Virus record (IMG/VR): IMGVR_UViG_3300030060_000055
Coordinates: 1 to 58,571 of that record
Origin: a virus
Lineage: Duplodnaviria > Caudoviricetes
Strand: one strand, 5' to 3'
Length of the DNA stretch: 58,571 nucleotides
Shown: positions 10,067 to 20,424 of the stretch, one piece after another
How positions within the stretch are numbered: the stretch's first letter is position 1
How the letters are laid out: each line of letters begins with the position of its first letter
Position numbers and translations under genes: made by a program
Notes under the pieces: model-generated
Databases searched by the model: none
Seen by the model: the letters and a program-made list of their open reading frames with translations, nothing else
Told to the model about the DNA's origin: nothing

Positions 10067-10482
10067 TGTATGAATATTCTTGCGAAGTTAAAAGAGTCGT
10101 TGATGGTGATACTGTGGACGTTATTCTTAATCTTGGGTTTGATATTTTCTATAAGTCTCGTGTTCGTCTATATGGTATTGATACTCCCGAGTCACGTACT
10201 CGTAACAAAGATGAGAAGGCTAGAGGAAAAATGGCTGCGGCTTACTTAGAAGATGCTATTAACAATGGCAATACTGTTGTTATACAAACAAAACTAAAAG
10301 ATTCTAGGGGTAAGTATGGAAGAGTATTAGGTAATGTATTGGTTGATGATGTAAACATTAATGAACAAATGGTTGACAAACATCTAGCAGTAAAATACTT
10401 TGGACAAAGTAAAGAAGATGTTGAAGAAGAGCATCTTAAGAATAGACAAATATTAATTGATAACGGAACATTTGAACCTTAA
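10066..10482 (+). CDS. Thermonuclease (staphylococcal nuclease family)
   Basis: RVVDGDT, RVRLYGIDTPE, GKYGRVLG motifs. Confidence 0.92.
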   Translation: MYEYSCEVKRVVDGDTVDVILNLGFDIFYKSRVRLYGIDTPESRTRNKDEKARGKMAAAYLEDAINNGNTVVIQTKLKDSRGKYGRVLGNVLVDDVNINEQMVDKHLAVKYFGQSKEDVEEEHLKNRQILIDNGTFEP

Positions 10483-10518
10483 AATAAATCAACATGTTTA
10501 AACAACAGGAGAAAAAAT

Positions 10519-10734
10519 ATGCCAAATGTAGGTAAAAAGAAATTTGCTTATGATGATGCTGGTATGAAAGCAGCACGTGAGGAAATGAAAAAATCAGGTA
10601 AGGATATGGTAATTAATTTTGACGAGGGTGGAAAGGTAGATGACTATCAAGATAGCCTTGTTAAAAAATTTGGTGGCGGTATGCCTAAGTATGGTAAAGG
10701 TGGAATGCCTTACGGAAATACAAAAAAAGATTAA
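10519..10734 (+). CDS. Small putative internal virion protein
   Basis: MPNVGKKKFAY start; repeated xxxGG motifs; AGGAG RBS. Confidence 0.65.
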   Translation: MPNVGKKKFAYDDAGMKAAREEMKKSGKDMVINFDEGGKVDDYQDSLVKKFGGGMPKYGKGGMPYGNTKKD

Positions 10735-10740
10735 TAATAT

Positions 10741-11427
10741 ATGGCAACAGCCACTACTAACAACTTTGACTTAGATATAGCAGAAGCAGCAGAAGAGGCT
10801 TTTGAACTAGCTGGTTTAGAAATGAGAACTGGCTACGACTTGCGTACAGCTAGACGTAGTATAAATCTTATGATGCTTGAGTGGGCAAACAGAGGTTTGA
10901 ACCTATGGCAAGTTGAATCAGGTAGTACAACATTAACTGCTGGAACAGCTACGTATAGTTTAGATGCTGACACTATTGATTTATTAGAACATCATTTAAG
11001 AACGGATGATGGAGAAACAAGTGCGCAAAGTGATACATCTTTAACTAGAGTATCTTTTTCGCAGTATGCTGATATACCTAATAAATTAGATCAAGGTAGA
11101 CCTAATGAAATATTAGTCAATAGAGATAGTGGCACTACATCTTTTACTCTTTATCCAGTTCCTGATAGTACAACCACTTATAAGGTAGTTTGGTACAGGC
11201 TTAGACAGATATATGATGCAGGAACACCAGCATCTAATACTTTAGATATACCTAAAGTATTCTTGCCATGTCTTGTATCAGGTCTTGCTTATTATTTAGC
11301 TATGAAAAATCCAGAAGCAGCACAAAGAATTCCATTCTTAAAGCAACAATATGAAGAACAATGGAAACTTGCATCTGAAGAAAACAGAGTTAAAGCAGCT
11401 GTAAGATTTGTACCGGGAGGTTATTAG
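10741..11427 (+). CDS. Head-tail adaptor/connector protein
   Basis: GYDLRTARRS, WANRGLNLW, YPVPD, GLAYYLA; position after head genes. Confidence 0.7.
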   Translation: MATATTNNFDLDIAEAAEEAFELAGLEMRTGYDLRTARRSINLMMLEWANRGLNLWQVESGSTTLTAGTATYSLDADTIDLLEHHLRTDDGETSAQSDTSLTRVSFSQYADIPNKLDQGRPNEILVNRDSGTTSFTLYPVPDSTTTYKVVWYRLRQIYDAGTPASNTLDIPKVFLPCLVSGLAYYLAMKNPEAAQRIPFLKQQYEEQWKLASEENRVKAAVRFVPGGY

Positions 11428-11428
11428 T

Positions 11429-11773
11429 ATGCCGTATGCTAAAGGTAAACATGCATATGGTATATGTGATAGAACTGGCTTTAGATATCCTTTAAAAGAT
11501 TTAAGAAATCAAATAAAAGATAAAAAAAGAACAGGACTGTTAGTAGGTAAAGACGTATTAGATAAAGATCAACCACAACTACAACTAGGCAGATTAAGGT
11601 TAAATGATCCACAGGCTCTTAAGAATCCTAGACCACAAACAGACTTACAAGCTAGTAGAGGGTTATCTGGATTCAATCCTATAGGTGGATGGAATTCAGC
11701 ATTTGGTGATTCTAGTCTTAGTAATATGGTGTTAAAAGGTCAACTAGGTAATTTAAAAATAACTACAAGCTAA
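11429..11773 (+). CDS. Hypothetical structural-module protein
   Basis: Likely ATG at 11429 (MPYAKGKHAYGICDRTGFRY); DPQALKNPRP. Confidence 0.7.
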   Translation: MPYAKGKHAYGICDRTGFRYPLKDLRNQIKDKKRTGLLVGKDVLDKDQPQLQLGRLRLNDPQALKNPRPQTDLQASRGLSGFNPIGGWNSAFGDSSLSNMVLKGQLGNLKITTS

Positions 11774-12423
11774 TGTCATTTACATTTACAACATTAAAAA
11801 CTGCTATACAAGATTATACTGAAAATACAGAGACCACATTTGTAAATAATCTTTCTACTATAATAGTTCAAGCAGAGAATAGAATTAATGGCGCAGTAGA
11901 ATTACCTAACTATAGAAAGAATCAAACAGCAACTGCTACTATAAACAATCAATATCTTGGAGTGCCTGACGATTTTTTGTATCCATATTCATTAGCGGTA
12001 GTAGATTCAGATGGTAACTATAATTTTTTAATAAACAAAGATGTTAACTTTATAAGAGAAGCATATCCAAAAGCTTCTGCTAATACTGGATTGCCAGAAT
12101 ACTATGCTCAGTTTGATGATGATTTTTATATATTAGGTCCAACACCTGATGCTAATTACACAGTAGAGTTACATTATTTTTATTTACCACAATCTATAAC
12201 AGCCTCATCAGATGGAACAAGTTGGTTAGGAACAAATGCTCCTGATGTTTTACTATTTGGTTCTTTAGTAGAAGCATACATATTTATGAAAGGTGAGCCT
12301 GATATAGTGCAACTTTATGAAACTAGATTTAAAGATGCATTAGATAAATTAGTTATAGAAAATGATGGAAGAAATAGAAAAGATGCTTATAGAAGCGGAC
12401 AAAGAAGATTAGTAGAACAATAA
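11773..12423 (+). CDS. Head-tail adaptor (tail tubular A-like)
   Basis: LKTAIQDYTEN, LGPTPD, APDVLLFGSLVEAY. Confidence 0.7.
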   Translation: MSFTFTTLKTAIQDYTENTETTFVNNLSTIIVQAENRINGAVELPNYRKNQTATATINNQYLGVPDDFLYPYSLAVVDSDGNYNFLINKDVNFIREAYPKASANTGLPEYYAQFDDDFYILGPTPDANYTVELHYFYLPQSITASSDGTSWLGTNAPDVLLFGSLVEAYIFMKGEPDIVQLYETRFKDALDKLVIENDGRNRKDAYRSGQRRLVEQ

Positions 12424-13190
12424 TGTTAAAAGAAAGAATACTAGATTTAGAAGGCAAACATGTAGCTATTGTGGCTATGGGTATGAGTCAAATAGATTTT
12501 CATCTATCACAGTTACATAGTAAGAAGTTTGACGAAGTTTGGGTAATTAATGCGATGATAGGAGTAGTTAAGAAAGCAGATAGAGCATTTATACTTGATC
12601 CTATGTCACGTTTTTTTGATACAGATGAAGCAGCATCTATGACTCAAATGATGAGAGAAGAGTTACCTAAAATAGATTATCCAATATATTCTTGTGAACT
12701 AGATGCAAGAGTGCCAGCAGTAGAAGAGTATCCTATTAAAAGTGTAATAGAAGATACATCATGTGCTTATCTTAACAATACAGTAGCTTATGCTATAGCT
12801 TTTGCTTACTGGAATAATGTTGGTTCTATTAGTATGTTTGGAACAGATTTTACTTATAACAATAACGCACACTTTGCAGAAATGGGTAGAGCATGTTGTG
12901 AATATTGGCTAGGCAAATGCATGGAAAATAATGTTGATGTATCTGTAGCTGTTAGATCAAATCTATTAGATGCTAATGTAGATATGAAAGATAAACTATA
13001 TGGGTATCATCGTTTAAACGATCCAATAGTATCTTATTTAAAAGATGGTGAACTATCAGTATGTAATTATTCAGAGATCATACAAGAAAAAATGATACCA
13101 CATGGAATCATAGGAAGAGAAAATCCTAAAGAGTGGGTTATAGATGAAAGATCAAATGGAAGTACACCACCAGAACCTTTAGTACCATAA
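12423..13190 (+). CDS. Rossmann-like enzyme, possibly GT29 (sialyltransferase-like) related
   Basis: HVAIVAMGMS, EVWVINA, NNTVAYAIAFA, ISMFGTDF pattern. Confidence 0.4.
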   Translation: MLKERILDLEGKHVAIVAMGMSQIDFHLSQLHSKKFDEVWVINAMIGVVKKADRAFILDPMSRFFDTDEAASMTQMMREELPKIDYPIYSCELDARVPAVEEYPIKSVIEDTSCAYLNNTVAYAIAFAYWNNVGSISMFGTDFTYNNNAHFAEMGRACCEYWLGKCMENNVDVSVAVRSNLLDANVDMKDKLYGYHRLNDPIVSYLKDGELSVCNYSEIIQEKMIPHGIIGRENPKEWVIDERSNGSTPPEPLVP

Positions 13191-13480
13191 TGCAAACAGA
13201 TAAATTTGAAATATCAATAGGTAATCTTGGTGTAAAAACTACAGATTATAGAGGACACACAGTAGAAGAAGTTGCTGATATGGCAACTGATAGATTAGTT
13301 TCGATAAGTGATACAGCACCTGACACTATAAAAGCGCAAGCCCATATATTTAAAGATGCTGCACGACAGGTAATTACACACTATATGCATGAGGCAATAA
13401 AAAACCACATATGTACAGTATGTAATCAATTAGAACAGCAAGGACATAAAGACCTTGCCAATATAATAAGGAGGCTGTAA
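13190..13480 (+). CDS. Hypothetical protein
   Basis: Translationally coupled at both ends. Confidence 0.7.
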   Translation: MQTDKFEISIGNLGVKTTDYRGHTVEEVADMATDRLVSISDTAPDTIKAQAHIFKDAARQVITHYMHEAIKNHICTVCNQLEQQGHKDLANIIRRL

Positions 13481-13911
13481 TGGCTATAACACAAGCAATG
13501 TGTACTTCTTTTAAGAAAGAACTTTTAGAAGGCGTACATAATTTTAAAAACTCAGGTGGTAGTACATTCAGGTTAGCACTCTATACGAGTTCAGCTACTA
13601 TGAGTGCAGCAACTACTGCATATACAACTTCTGATGAAGCTAGTGGTACTAACTACACCGCTAAAGGTAATACACTTACACGTGTAGACCCTTCTACTTC
13701 AGGCACAACAGCGTTTACAGACTTTGCTGATCTAACTTTTGGCACAGCAACTGTTACTGCTAGAGGTTGTATGATTTATAACGACTCTGCTTCAGGTGAT
13801 CCGGCAGTTGCAGTATTTGATTTTGGTGCTGATAAAACATCAACAGCAGGTTCATTTACTATAACTTTTCCAACAGCTGATGCAAGTAATGCGATTATAA
13901 GAATAGCTTAA
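13480..13911 (+). CDS. Tail-associated structural protein
   Basis: MAITQAMCTSFKKELL, LALYTSSA, DFGADKTSTAG; GGAGG RBS. Confidence 0.7.
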   Translation: MAITQAMCTSFKKELLEGVHNFKNSGGSTFRLALYTSSATMSAATTAYTTSDEASGTNYTAKGNTLTRVDPSTSGTTAFTDFADLTFGTATVTARGCMIYNDSASGDPAVAVFDFGADKTSTAGSFTITFPTADASNAIIRIA

Positions 13912-13914
13912 TAC

Positions 13915-14748
13915 ATGTCTGTCGGTTGGGGTCGGTCCACTTGGGGAACAGGTCCTTGGGGCGAACCTGCCATAGTCAATGTTTCTGTAGATATTACAGG
14001 TGTTGCTGGTACATCAGCACTTGGAACAGAAACAATAACATGTGATGCTAATGTACCAGAGATAGGTGTTGCAGCTACAGGAGCAGTAGGCTCAGTAGTT
14101 GCTACTGGTGCAGCTAATGTTGCAGAAACAGGATTAGCAGCTACAACTGCTTTAGGAACAGAGTCTGTTACAGCTGATGCTAATGTATCTGAAACAGGCG
14201 TTGCAGCTACAGGTGCGGTTGGTAGCGAAACTGTAACAGGTGATGCTAACTTAACAGAAACAGGTGTATCAGCAACTACTGCATTAGGTACAGAATCTGT
14301 AAGTGGTGATGCTAATGTAGCTGAAACAGGTATAGCAGGTACGTCTGCTATAGGTAATGTTACAGCTTCAGGTATTGCTATTACTGGTGTTTCTGGAACT
14401 GCGTCTACTATAGCAGTAGGTGATGAAACAGTAACATGTGATGCAAATGTAGCTTGTACTGGTTTATCTGCAACAAGTGGACTAGGTACATTAAGTTTAG
14501 TTACAGTAAATGTATTATCTATAACAGGCGTAGAAGGAAATACTACAGCAGGTAATCTTAGTGTTTCAGGTATATCAAATGTATCTGTAACAGGTTTAAA
14601 CGCTACAGGAGAGTTAGGATTTGTAAGTGTATGGGGAGAAATAATACCCGGAGTTACAACATCATGGTCTGATGTAGATGAATCTGTAACTACAACTTGG
14701 TCTGATATAGATGAATCTGTAACTACTACATGGAGTGACGTAGCATAA
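13915..14748 (+). CDS. Repeat-rich tail/fibre-associated protein
   Basis: N-terminal GWGRSTWGTGPWG; ~21-aa repeats (GTESVTADANVSETGVAATGA); 11-aa C-terminal repeats. Confidence 0.7.
   Translation: MSVGWGRSTWGTGPWGEPAIVNVSVDITGVAGTSALGTETITCDANVPEIGVAATGAVGSVVATGAANVAETGLAATTALGTESVTADANVSETGVAATGAVGSETVTGDANLTETGVSATTALGTESVSGDANVAETGIAGTSAIGNVTASGIAITGVSGTASTIAVGDETVTCDANVACTGLSATSGLGTLSLVTVNVLSITGVEGNTTAGNLSVSGISNVSVTGLNATGELGFVSVWGEIIPGVTTSWSDVDESVTTTWSDIDESVTTTWSDVA
14665..14742 (+). repeat. 33-bp tandem repeat (2 full copies plus a partial)
   Basis: TGGTCTGAT(G/A)TAGATGAATCTGTAACTAC.. at 14665 and 14698, degenerate at 14731; encodes WSD(V/I)DESVTTT. Confidence 0.85.
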
Positions 14749-14781
14749 TAAATAGTTTAATATTAGTTTAGAGGGAAAAAA

Positions 14782-17538
14782 ATGGCAACTTATGTAAATG
14801 ATTTAAGATTAAAAGAGATAGCAACTGGTGATGAGTCCGGAACATGGGGCGCATCAACAAATACAAATCTTGAGTTGATAGCAGAAGCATTTAGTTATGG
14901 CACTGAAGCTATTACTACTAATGCAGACACACATACAACAACTATAGCAGATGGTTCTACTGACCCCGGTAGATCAATGTTTCTTAAATATACAGGTGCA
15001 TTAGACTCTGCCTGTACTGTAACTATTGGACCAAACACAGTATCTAAATTATGGCTTATAGAGAATGCCACAACAGGTTCACAAAATTTAGTTATAAGCC
15101 AAGGCACAGGTTCTAACGTAACTATACCAGCTGGTAAAACTAAAATTATATATTCAGATGGTGCTGGCTCTGGTGGTGCAATGGTAGATGCATTAGCATC
15201 TATTAATATAGAAACAAGCGGTATCTTAGAAACATCAGCATCTATACAAACACCATTAATAGAATATACAGATGGTGATGATGCTATAACTATAGCTGAT
15301 GGAGGTCATGTAACTTTTGCTGGAAATATAGATGCTTCTAGTGGAACAATCAAACTAGATGGAGGCTATCCAACAGGAACAGGAAATACTGCTTTAGGAG
15401 ATACAGCCTTAGATAGTGTAACCACAGGTAACTACAATACTGCTATAGGAGAAAATTCTTTAACAGCTAATACAACAGGCGGAACAAATACTGCAATAGG
15501 TTCACGCACTTTGGATGAAAACACTACTGGAAGTTCTAATACTGCTGTCGGTCAAGGAGCGTTAAACTCTAATACAACAGCAGATAACAATACAGCAGTT
15601 GGTCAAGGTTCTATGGCAGCTAACACTACAGGAACAACAAACGTAGCAGTTGGTTCTGCTGCTTTAGCGGCTGCTACTACAGCAAGTGACAATACTGCTA
15701 TAGGTGCTAATGCTTTAACAACAGCAACCACAGGACACAGTAACACAGCTGTCGGTAAGGCTGCTGCTGAAGCACTTACGACTGGTGCAGAAAACGTATT
15801 TGTAGGTGAAAGAGCAGGAGATGCTACAACCACAGGAAGTAATAACACAGGTGTTGGACACAAAGCATTAAGTTCTTTAACTACAGCAAATTCTAATGAA
15901 GCTTTTGGTAACGATGCTTTACAAGCATTAACAACAGGTACTAATAATGTTGCAGTAGGTTCATTTTCTTTAGACGCTTTAACTGATGCTTCTTATCATG
16001 TTGGAGTTGGTTATCAGGCTTTATCTGCTAACACGACAGGAACACAAAATGTAGGAGTAGGTTGGAGTGCTTTATTAACAAACACCACAGGAAGTTATAA
16101 CACAGCCATAGGAAGTTCTGCACTATATGCTAATACAACAGGTGCAAGTAATGTTGCTTTGGGCAGAGACTCTATGGAATCAAATACTACAGGTTCTGAG
16201 AATACTGCGTTGGGTGCGAAAGCATTAAATTCAAATACAACAGGAAGCTATAACGTAGCAGTTGGTCGAAGGGCTTTGGAAGACAATACTACAGCCGATA
16301 ATAATGTTGCTTTAGGTTGGGGTGCATTAACAGAAAACACTACAGGTTCAACCAACACAGCCATAGGAAGAAGCACTTTAGCAGCAAGCACGACAGCTTC
16401 TGATAACACAGGTTGTGGTTATGCTGTATTGTTAGCAAATACAACAGGAACTAATAATACTGGAGTTGGTGTTAATGCTTTACAAGCAAACACGACAGCT
16501 TCTGATAATACTGCGGTGGGTAGAAATGCTTTACTATCAAACACCACAGGTGCATACAATACGGCAGTAGGAAGTTTATGTTTAGACTCTGTTATTGCTG
16601 GTCAAAAACATACTGCTATAGGGTATGGTGCTGGTAAAGATTTAACAGGTGGTGAAGAAAATACATTAGTAGGTTACTTGGCTGGGGAAAATCTTACAAC
16701 ATCGAGTGGTAATGTAGCAGTAGGGCAAGAGGCATTAAAAACAAATACTACTGGAAACTTTAATGTAGCTATAGGTAGAGAATCTTTGCTTGCTCTTACA
16801 ACAGCAGCTAACTGTGTTGCTGTGGGTAAAGCAACTCTTGAAAACGTAACTACAGGAGCAGAAAACGTAGGTATGGGTAAACAAGCTGGTGCATCAGTTA
16901 CTACAGGTGCTGCTAATGTTTTGGTAGGTGATTTTGCTGGAGCAAATTTAACTACAGGTGATAACAATGTTTGCATAGGTCATAATACTGCAACACAAGG
17001 TGAGTCATCTGTTACAAACAGTTCTTGTGTCTATATCGGAGAAGGTGCATCAGGTAATAACACAGCAACTTTTGAATATGTCATAGGACAAGGCAGGATT
17101 GGACTAGGCGGTAACTCTTTTGCTTTTGGTAAAGCAAGTAATGTTGTTTACAATCTTTTTACAAATGACGCTTCATGGACAAGAAGTTCAGACTTAAACA
17201 AAAAAACTAATATAGAAGATACAGATTTAGGTTTAAGTTTTATTAATGAACTTAGACCAGTAACATTTAATTGGAGACCTAATAATGAGTTTCCAGAGCA
17301 TTACAAAGATTATTCTGAAACAGAAAATACTATGAACACAGACGTAAATCTTTATGGAATGATTGCACAAGATGTTGAAAAAGCATTAGATAAAGTTGGT
17401 CATAAAAACTTTGGTGGATGGAAAGAAGAAGAAGATGGTTCACAAAGTTTGTCACAAGAAATGTTTATATACCCATTAATTAATGCTGTTAAAGAATTAT
17501 CAGCAGAAGTTGATGAAATAAAAAAGAAACTTAATTAG
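14782..17538 (+). CDS. Tail fibre with 14-aa beta-solenoid repeats and C-terminal S74 intramolecular chaperone
   Basis: Dozens of NTAVGxxALxxNTT repeats; SSDLNKKTNI...LRPVTFNW...GMIAQDV...LINAVKELS. Confidence 0.9.
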   Translation: MATYVNDLRLKEIATGDESGTWGASTNTNLELIAEAFSYGTEAITTNADTHTTTIADGSTDPGRSMFLKYTGALDSACTVTIGPNTVSKLWLIENATTGSQNLVISQGTGSNVTIPAGKTKIIYSDGAGSGGAMVDALASINIETSGILETSASIQTPLIEYTDGDDAITIADGGHVTFAGNIDASSGTIKLDGGYPTGTGNTALGDTALDSVTTGNYNTAIGENSLTANTTGGTNTAIGSRTLDENTTGSSNTAVGQGALNSNTTADNNTAVGQGSMAANTTGTTNVAVGSAALAAATTASDNTAIGANALTTATTGHSNTAVGKAAAEALTTGAENVFVGERAGDATTTGSNNTGVGHKALSSLTTANSNEAFGNDALQALTTGTNNVAVGSFSLDALTDASYHVGVGYQALSANTTGTQNVGVGWSALLTNTTGSYNTAIGSSALYANTTGASNVALGRDSMESNTTGSENTALGAKALNSNTTGSYNVAVGRRALEDNTTADNNVALGWGALTENTTGSTNTAIGRSTLAASTTASDNTGCGYAVLLANTTGTNNTGVGVNALQANTTASDNTAVGRNALLSNTTGAYNTAVGSLCLDSVIAGQKHTAIGYGAGKDLTGGEENTLVGYLAGENLTTSSGNVAVGQEALKTNTTGNFNVAIGRESLLALTTAANCVAVGKATLENVTTGAENVGMGKQAGASVTTGAANVLVGDFAGANLTTGDNNVCIGHNTATQGESSVTNSSCVYIGEGASGNNTATFEYVIGQGRIGLGGNSFAFGKASNVVYNLFTNDASWTRSSDLNKKTNIEDTDLGLSFINELRPVTFNWRPNNEFPEHYKDYSETENTMNTDVNLYGMIAQDVEKALDKVGHKNFGGWKEEEDGSQSLSQEMFIYPLINAVKELSAEVDEIKKKLN

Positions 17539-17547
17539 GAGTAAAAA

Positions 17548-17892
17548 ATGGCAGTAACAAAAGCAATAACAAGTTGTACCCCATACGTTAATAGTAATAG
17601 CAAAGTTGCTAAATGGGATATAGAAATGACATATGAAAACGATAGTGAAGGAGATGCTACTTACTATAAATCAAGATTTTCTACTACAGTTAATCAAAAA
17701 GATACTGATGCAGATGGTAATGTAACAACTAACTTTACACTTAAAGCTAAAGGTTCTTTTAGTAACGCTGATTTAGTAGCACTTTGTCCTGTATCGCAAT
17801 GGGATATAGTATTTGCTAGTCAGGTAGATAGTGTTATTACTAATCCATCAGTAGACAATACACCTGATAACGATTTTAACGTACCTAGTTAA
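17548..17892 (+). CDS. Putative tail fibre assembly protein
   Basis: Directly after tail fibre; AGGAG RBS. Confidence 0.5.
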   Translation: MAVTKAITSCTPYVNSNSKVAKWDIEMTYENDSEGDATYYKSRFSTTVNQKDTDADGNVTTNFTLKAKGSFSNADLVALCPVSQWDIVFASQVDSVITNPSVDNTPDNDFNVPS

Positions 17893-18593
17893 TGGCAGAA
17901 GTTACAGTACATAACATGCCTTCTGTTTACGTTATGGAAACAGAGATGCCTATAAGTATGGTGAATGACCTTAACGATTACCTTGATGAATACAAAGAAG
18001 ACCAAGATAAAAAATCATTAGCTAATACTTTAGTAGGGCAAATATCTCAAGGCGAACAACTACTAATGGATAACGAAGACTCCAGAGTAAAAGAATATTC
18101 TGAGTTTATATGTAGTCTTGGTGCTGATTATGTTAATTTCTTTTTTAATAGCACAGGCAACAAACTAAACAATCAAAAAGCTATAACAATAGATGAAACT
18201 TGGTCAGTACATAGTTATGAAGGCGACTACAATCCTATACACGATCATGGCACTAAAACAATCATGGGTATATCTACTACAGGTTGGACTAAAGTACCGC
18301 AACAAATATTAGAACAACCTACTGCTGGTTCACCACAATATTCTTTATATCACGCATCTGGTGATTGTGATGGCTACATAGCTTTTAATTATGGTCGTAA
18401 CGAATTAATGAATACAGAAAGACTAAGACCACCACAGTCTTTTATGATGAAGCCAGAAGTAGGAAAACTATTAGTATTTCCTTCTTGGTTACAACACATG
18501 GTATATCCTTTTAAGGGTGAAGGTGAAAGAAGAACAGTAGCATCTAACCTTAACTGTTGGGATGTGCAACCAACAGAAGATGCCACTAACTAG
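17892..18593 (+). CDS. 2OG-Fe(II) oxygenase-like protein
   Basis: YNPIHDH, PEVGKLLVFPSWLQHMVYP, ERRTVASN. Confidence 0.85.
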   Translation: MAEVTVHNMPSVYVMETEMPISMVNDLNDYLDEYKEDQDKKSLANTLVGQISQGEQLLMDNEDSRVKEYSEFICSLGADYVNFFFNSTGNKLNNQKAITIDETWSVHSYEGDYNPIHDHGTKTIMGISTTGWTKVPQQILEQPTAGSPQYSLYHASGDCDGYIAFNYGRNELMNTERLRPPQSFMMKPEVGKLLVFPSWLQHMVYPFKGEGERRTVASNLNCWDVQPTEDATN

Positions 18594-20424
18594 ATATACA
18601 TTTAAACCCGGTATAAATAAAGAGGGTACTTCATATAGTAATGAAGGTAATTGGTTTGATGCTGATAAGATAAGGTTTCGTGCAGGTCGTCCAGAAAAAA
18701 TTGGTGGTTGGGTAAAGAAAAGTGTTAATACTTTTTTAGGCTCAGCAAGAAAATTACATCAATGGGTGGGATTAGATACAGATAAATTTATTGCACTTGG
18801 AACACATCTTAAATTATATTTGTTAAAAGGTAATACTTTTAGCGATATAACTCCTATAAGAGCAACAACTACAAATGGTGTAACTTTTGCAGCTACTAAT
18901 GGTAGTTCTACTATAACTGCAACTGATTCTAATCATGGCGCAAATAAGGGTGATTTTGTTACATTTGCACAGGCGGTTTCATTAGGTGGCAATATTACTG
19001 CTGATGTATTAAATCAAGAGTATGAAATAGCTGGTGTTACAGATGTAAATACATTTACTTTTACAGCAAAAGATACATCAGGTAATACAGTAACTGCTAA
19101 TGCAAGTGACTCAGGTAATGGTGGTTCAGGTGTTGATGGGTCATATCAAATAAATATAGGCTCTGATTTTTATACTAGCGGATTTGGATTTGGTTCAGGT
19201 ACATGGGGTGAAAGTACATGGGGTGGTGGTATTAATAGTTTTGCTACGCAACTTAGGTTGTGGACATTAGATAATTTTGGAGAAGATTTAGTTGCTAATC
19301 CGAGAGGCGGTAGTATTTATTATTGGGATAAAACAAATGGAGAAACTACAAGAGCAGTAGATTTTTCAACTTTATCAGGTGCATCAGATACACCAACTAT
19401 TGCAAATCAAATATTAGTATCTGAAATAGATAGGCACGTTATATGTATGGGTGCAAATCCAATAGGTAGTGCAACACAAGACCCTATGCAAATAAGATGG
19501 TCAGATCAAGAAAATGCAGCAATGTGGACTCCTAAGACAAATAATACTGCTGGTGGATTAAGATTATCTTCTGGTTCAGAAATAATAGGAGCGATAAGAA
19601 CAAGACAAGAGATAGCTATATTTACTGATACAGCTTTATATTCAATGCAGTTTATAGGTCCACCTTTTATTTTTGGTGTTAATTTAATTACTGAAGGTAT
19701 AAGCATGGTGTCACCACAGGCATGTGTTAATGCAAATAATGTTGTGTACTTTATGGATCAAGATAATTTTTATATGTACTCTGGTACAGTACAATCTTTG
19801 CCTTGTACAGTAAGAGCATATGTCTTTGATGATTTTAATTACTCACAAACATTTAAAGTATTTGCTACAAGAAATGCACAATACAATGAGGTATCTTGGT
19901 TTTATTGCTCAAGCAGTTCAGATGAAATAGATAGATATGTTACTTATAACTATCTTGAGCAAACATGGACTATAGGAACATTACCTAGAACATCTTGGAT
20001 TGATGCTGGGGGTGCTACCACAAATCCATTAGCAGCAGGTTCAAGTGGAACTACATCAAATTATTTATATGAACATGAAGTAGGTTCTAATGATGATGGT
20101 TCTGCAATGACTGCATATGTAGAAAGCGCAGATTTTGATGCAGGTGATGGAGATCAATTTATGTTTATAAAAAGATTAATACCTGATGTAGCCTTTGTAG
20201 GTACGGATACAGCACCTGAACTAACGTATTCTATTAAGACTAGAGACTTTCCTTTAGGAAGTTTAAACACTGCAACAACTGCAACAGTAACCAATACTAC
20301 GGGCGTAGCTTATATTAGAGCAAGAGCCAGACAAATGCGTGTAAGAATAGAAAGTACAGATGTAGATAATAGTTGGAGACTAGGCGATACAAGATTTGAT
20401 ATAAAATCGGATGGTAGACGATGA
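18580..20424 (+). CDS. Tail tubular/DNA stabilisation protein (P22 gp10/T7 gp12-like)
   Basis: Likely ATG at 18580 (MPLTRYTFKPGINK); PEKIGGW, IRWSDQE, ends DGRR. Confidence 0.8.
   Translation: MPLTRYTFKPGINKEGTSYSNEGNWFDADKIRFRAGRPEKIGGWVKKSVNTFLGSARKLHQWVGLDTDKFIALGTHLKLYLLKGNTFSDITPIRATTTNGVTFAATNGSSTITATDSNHGANKGDFVTFAQAVSLGGNITADVLNQEYEIAGVTDVNTFTFTAKDTSGNTVTANASDSGNGGSGVDGSYQINIGSDFYTSGFGFGSGTWGESTWGGGINSFATQLRLWTLDNFGEDLVANPRGGSIYYWDKTNGETTRAVDFSTLSGASDTPTIANQILVSEIDRHVICMGANPIGSATQDPMQIRWSDQENAAMWTPKTNNTAGGLRLSSGSEIIGAIRTRQEIAIFTDTALYSMQFIGPPFIFGVNLITEGISMVSPQACVNANNVVYFMDQDNFYMYSGTVQSLPCTVRAYVFDDFNYSQTFKVFATRNAQYNEVSWFYCSSSSDEIDRYVTYNYLEQTWTIGTLPRTSWIDAGGATTNPLAAGSSGTTSNYLYEHEVGSNDDGSAMTAYVESADFDAGDGDQFMFIKRLIPDVAFVGTDTAPELTYSIKTRDFPLGSLNTATTATVTNTTGVAYIRARARQMRVRIESTDVDNSWRLGDTRFDIKSDGRR

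Noticed and set aside
15380-17000. Periodic repeats resembling a CRISPR array or diversity-generating repeat
   Set aside because: They are degenerate 42-bp coding repeats of the tail fibre, with no constant repeat/unique spacer pattern and no reverse transcriptase
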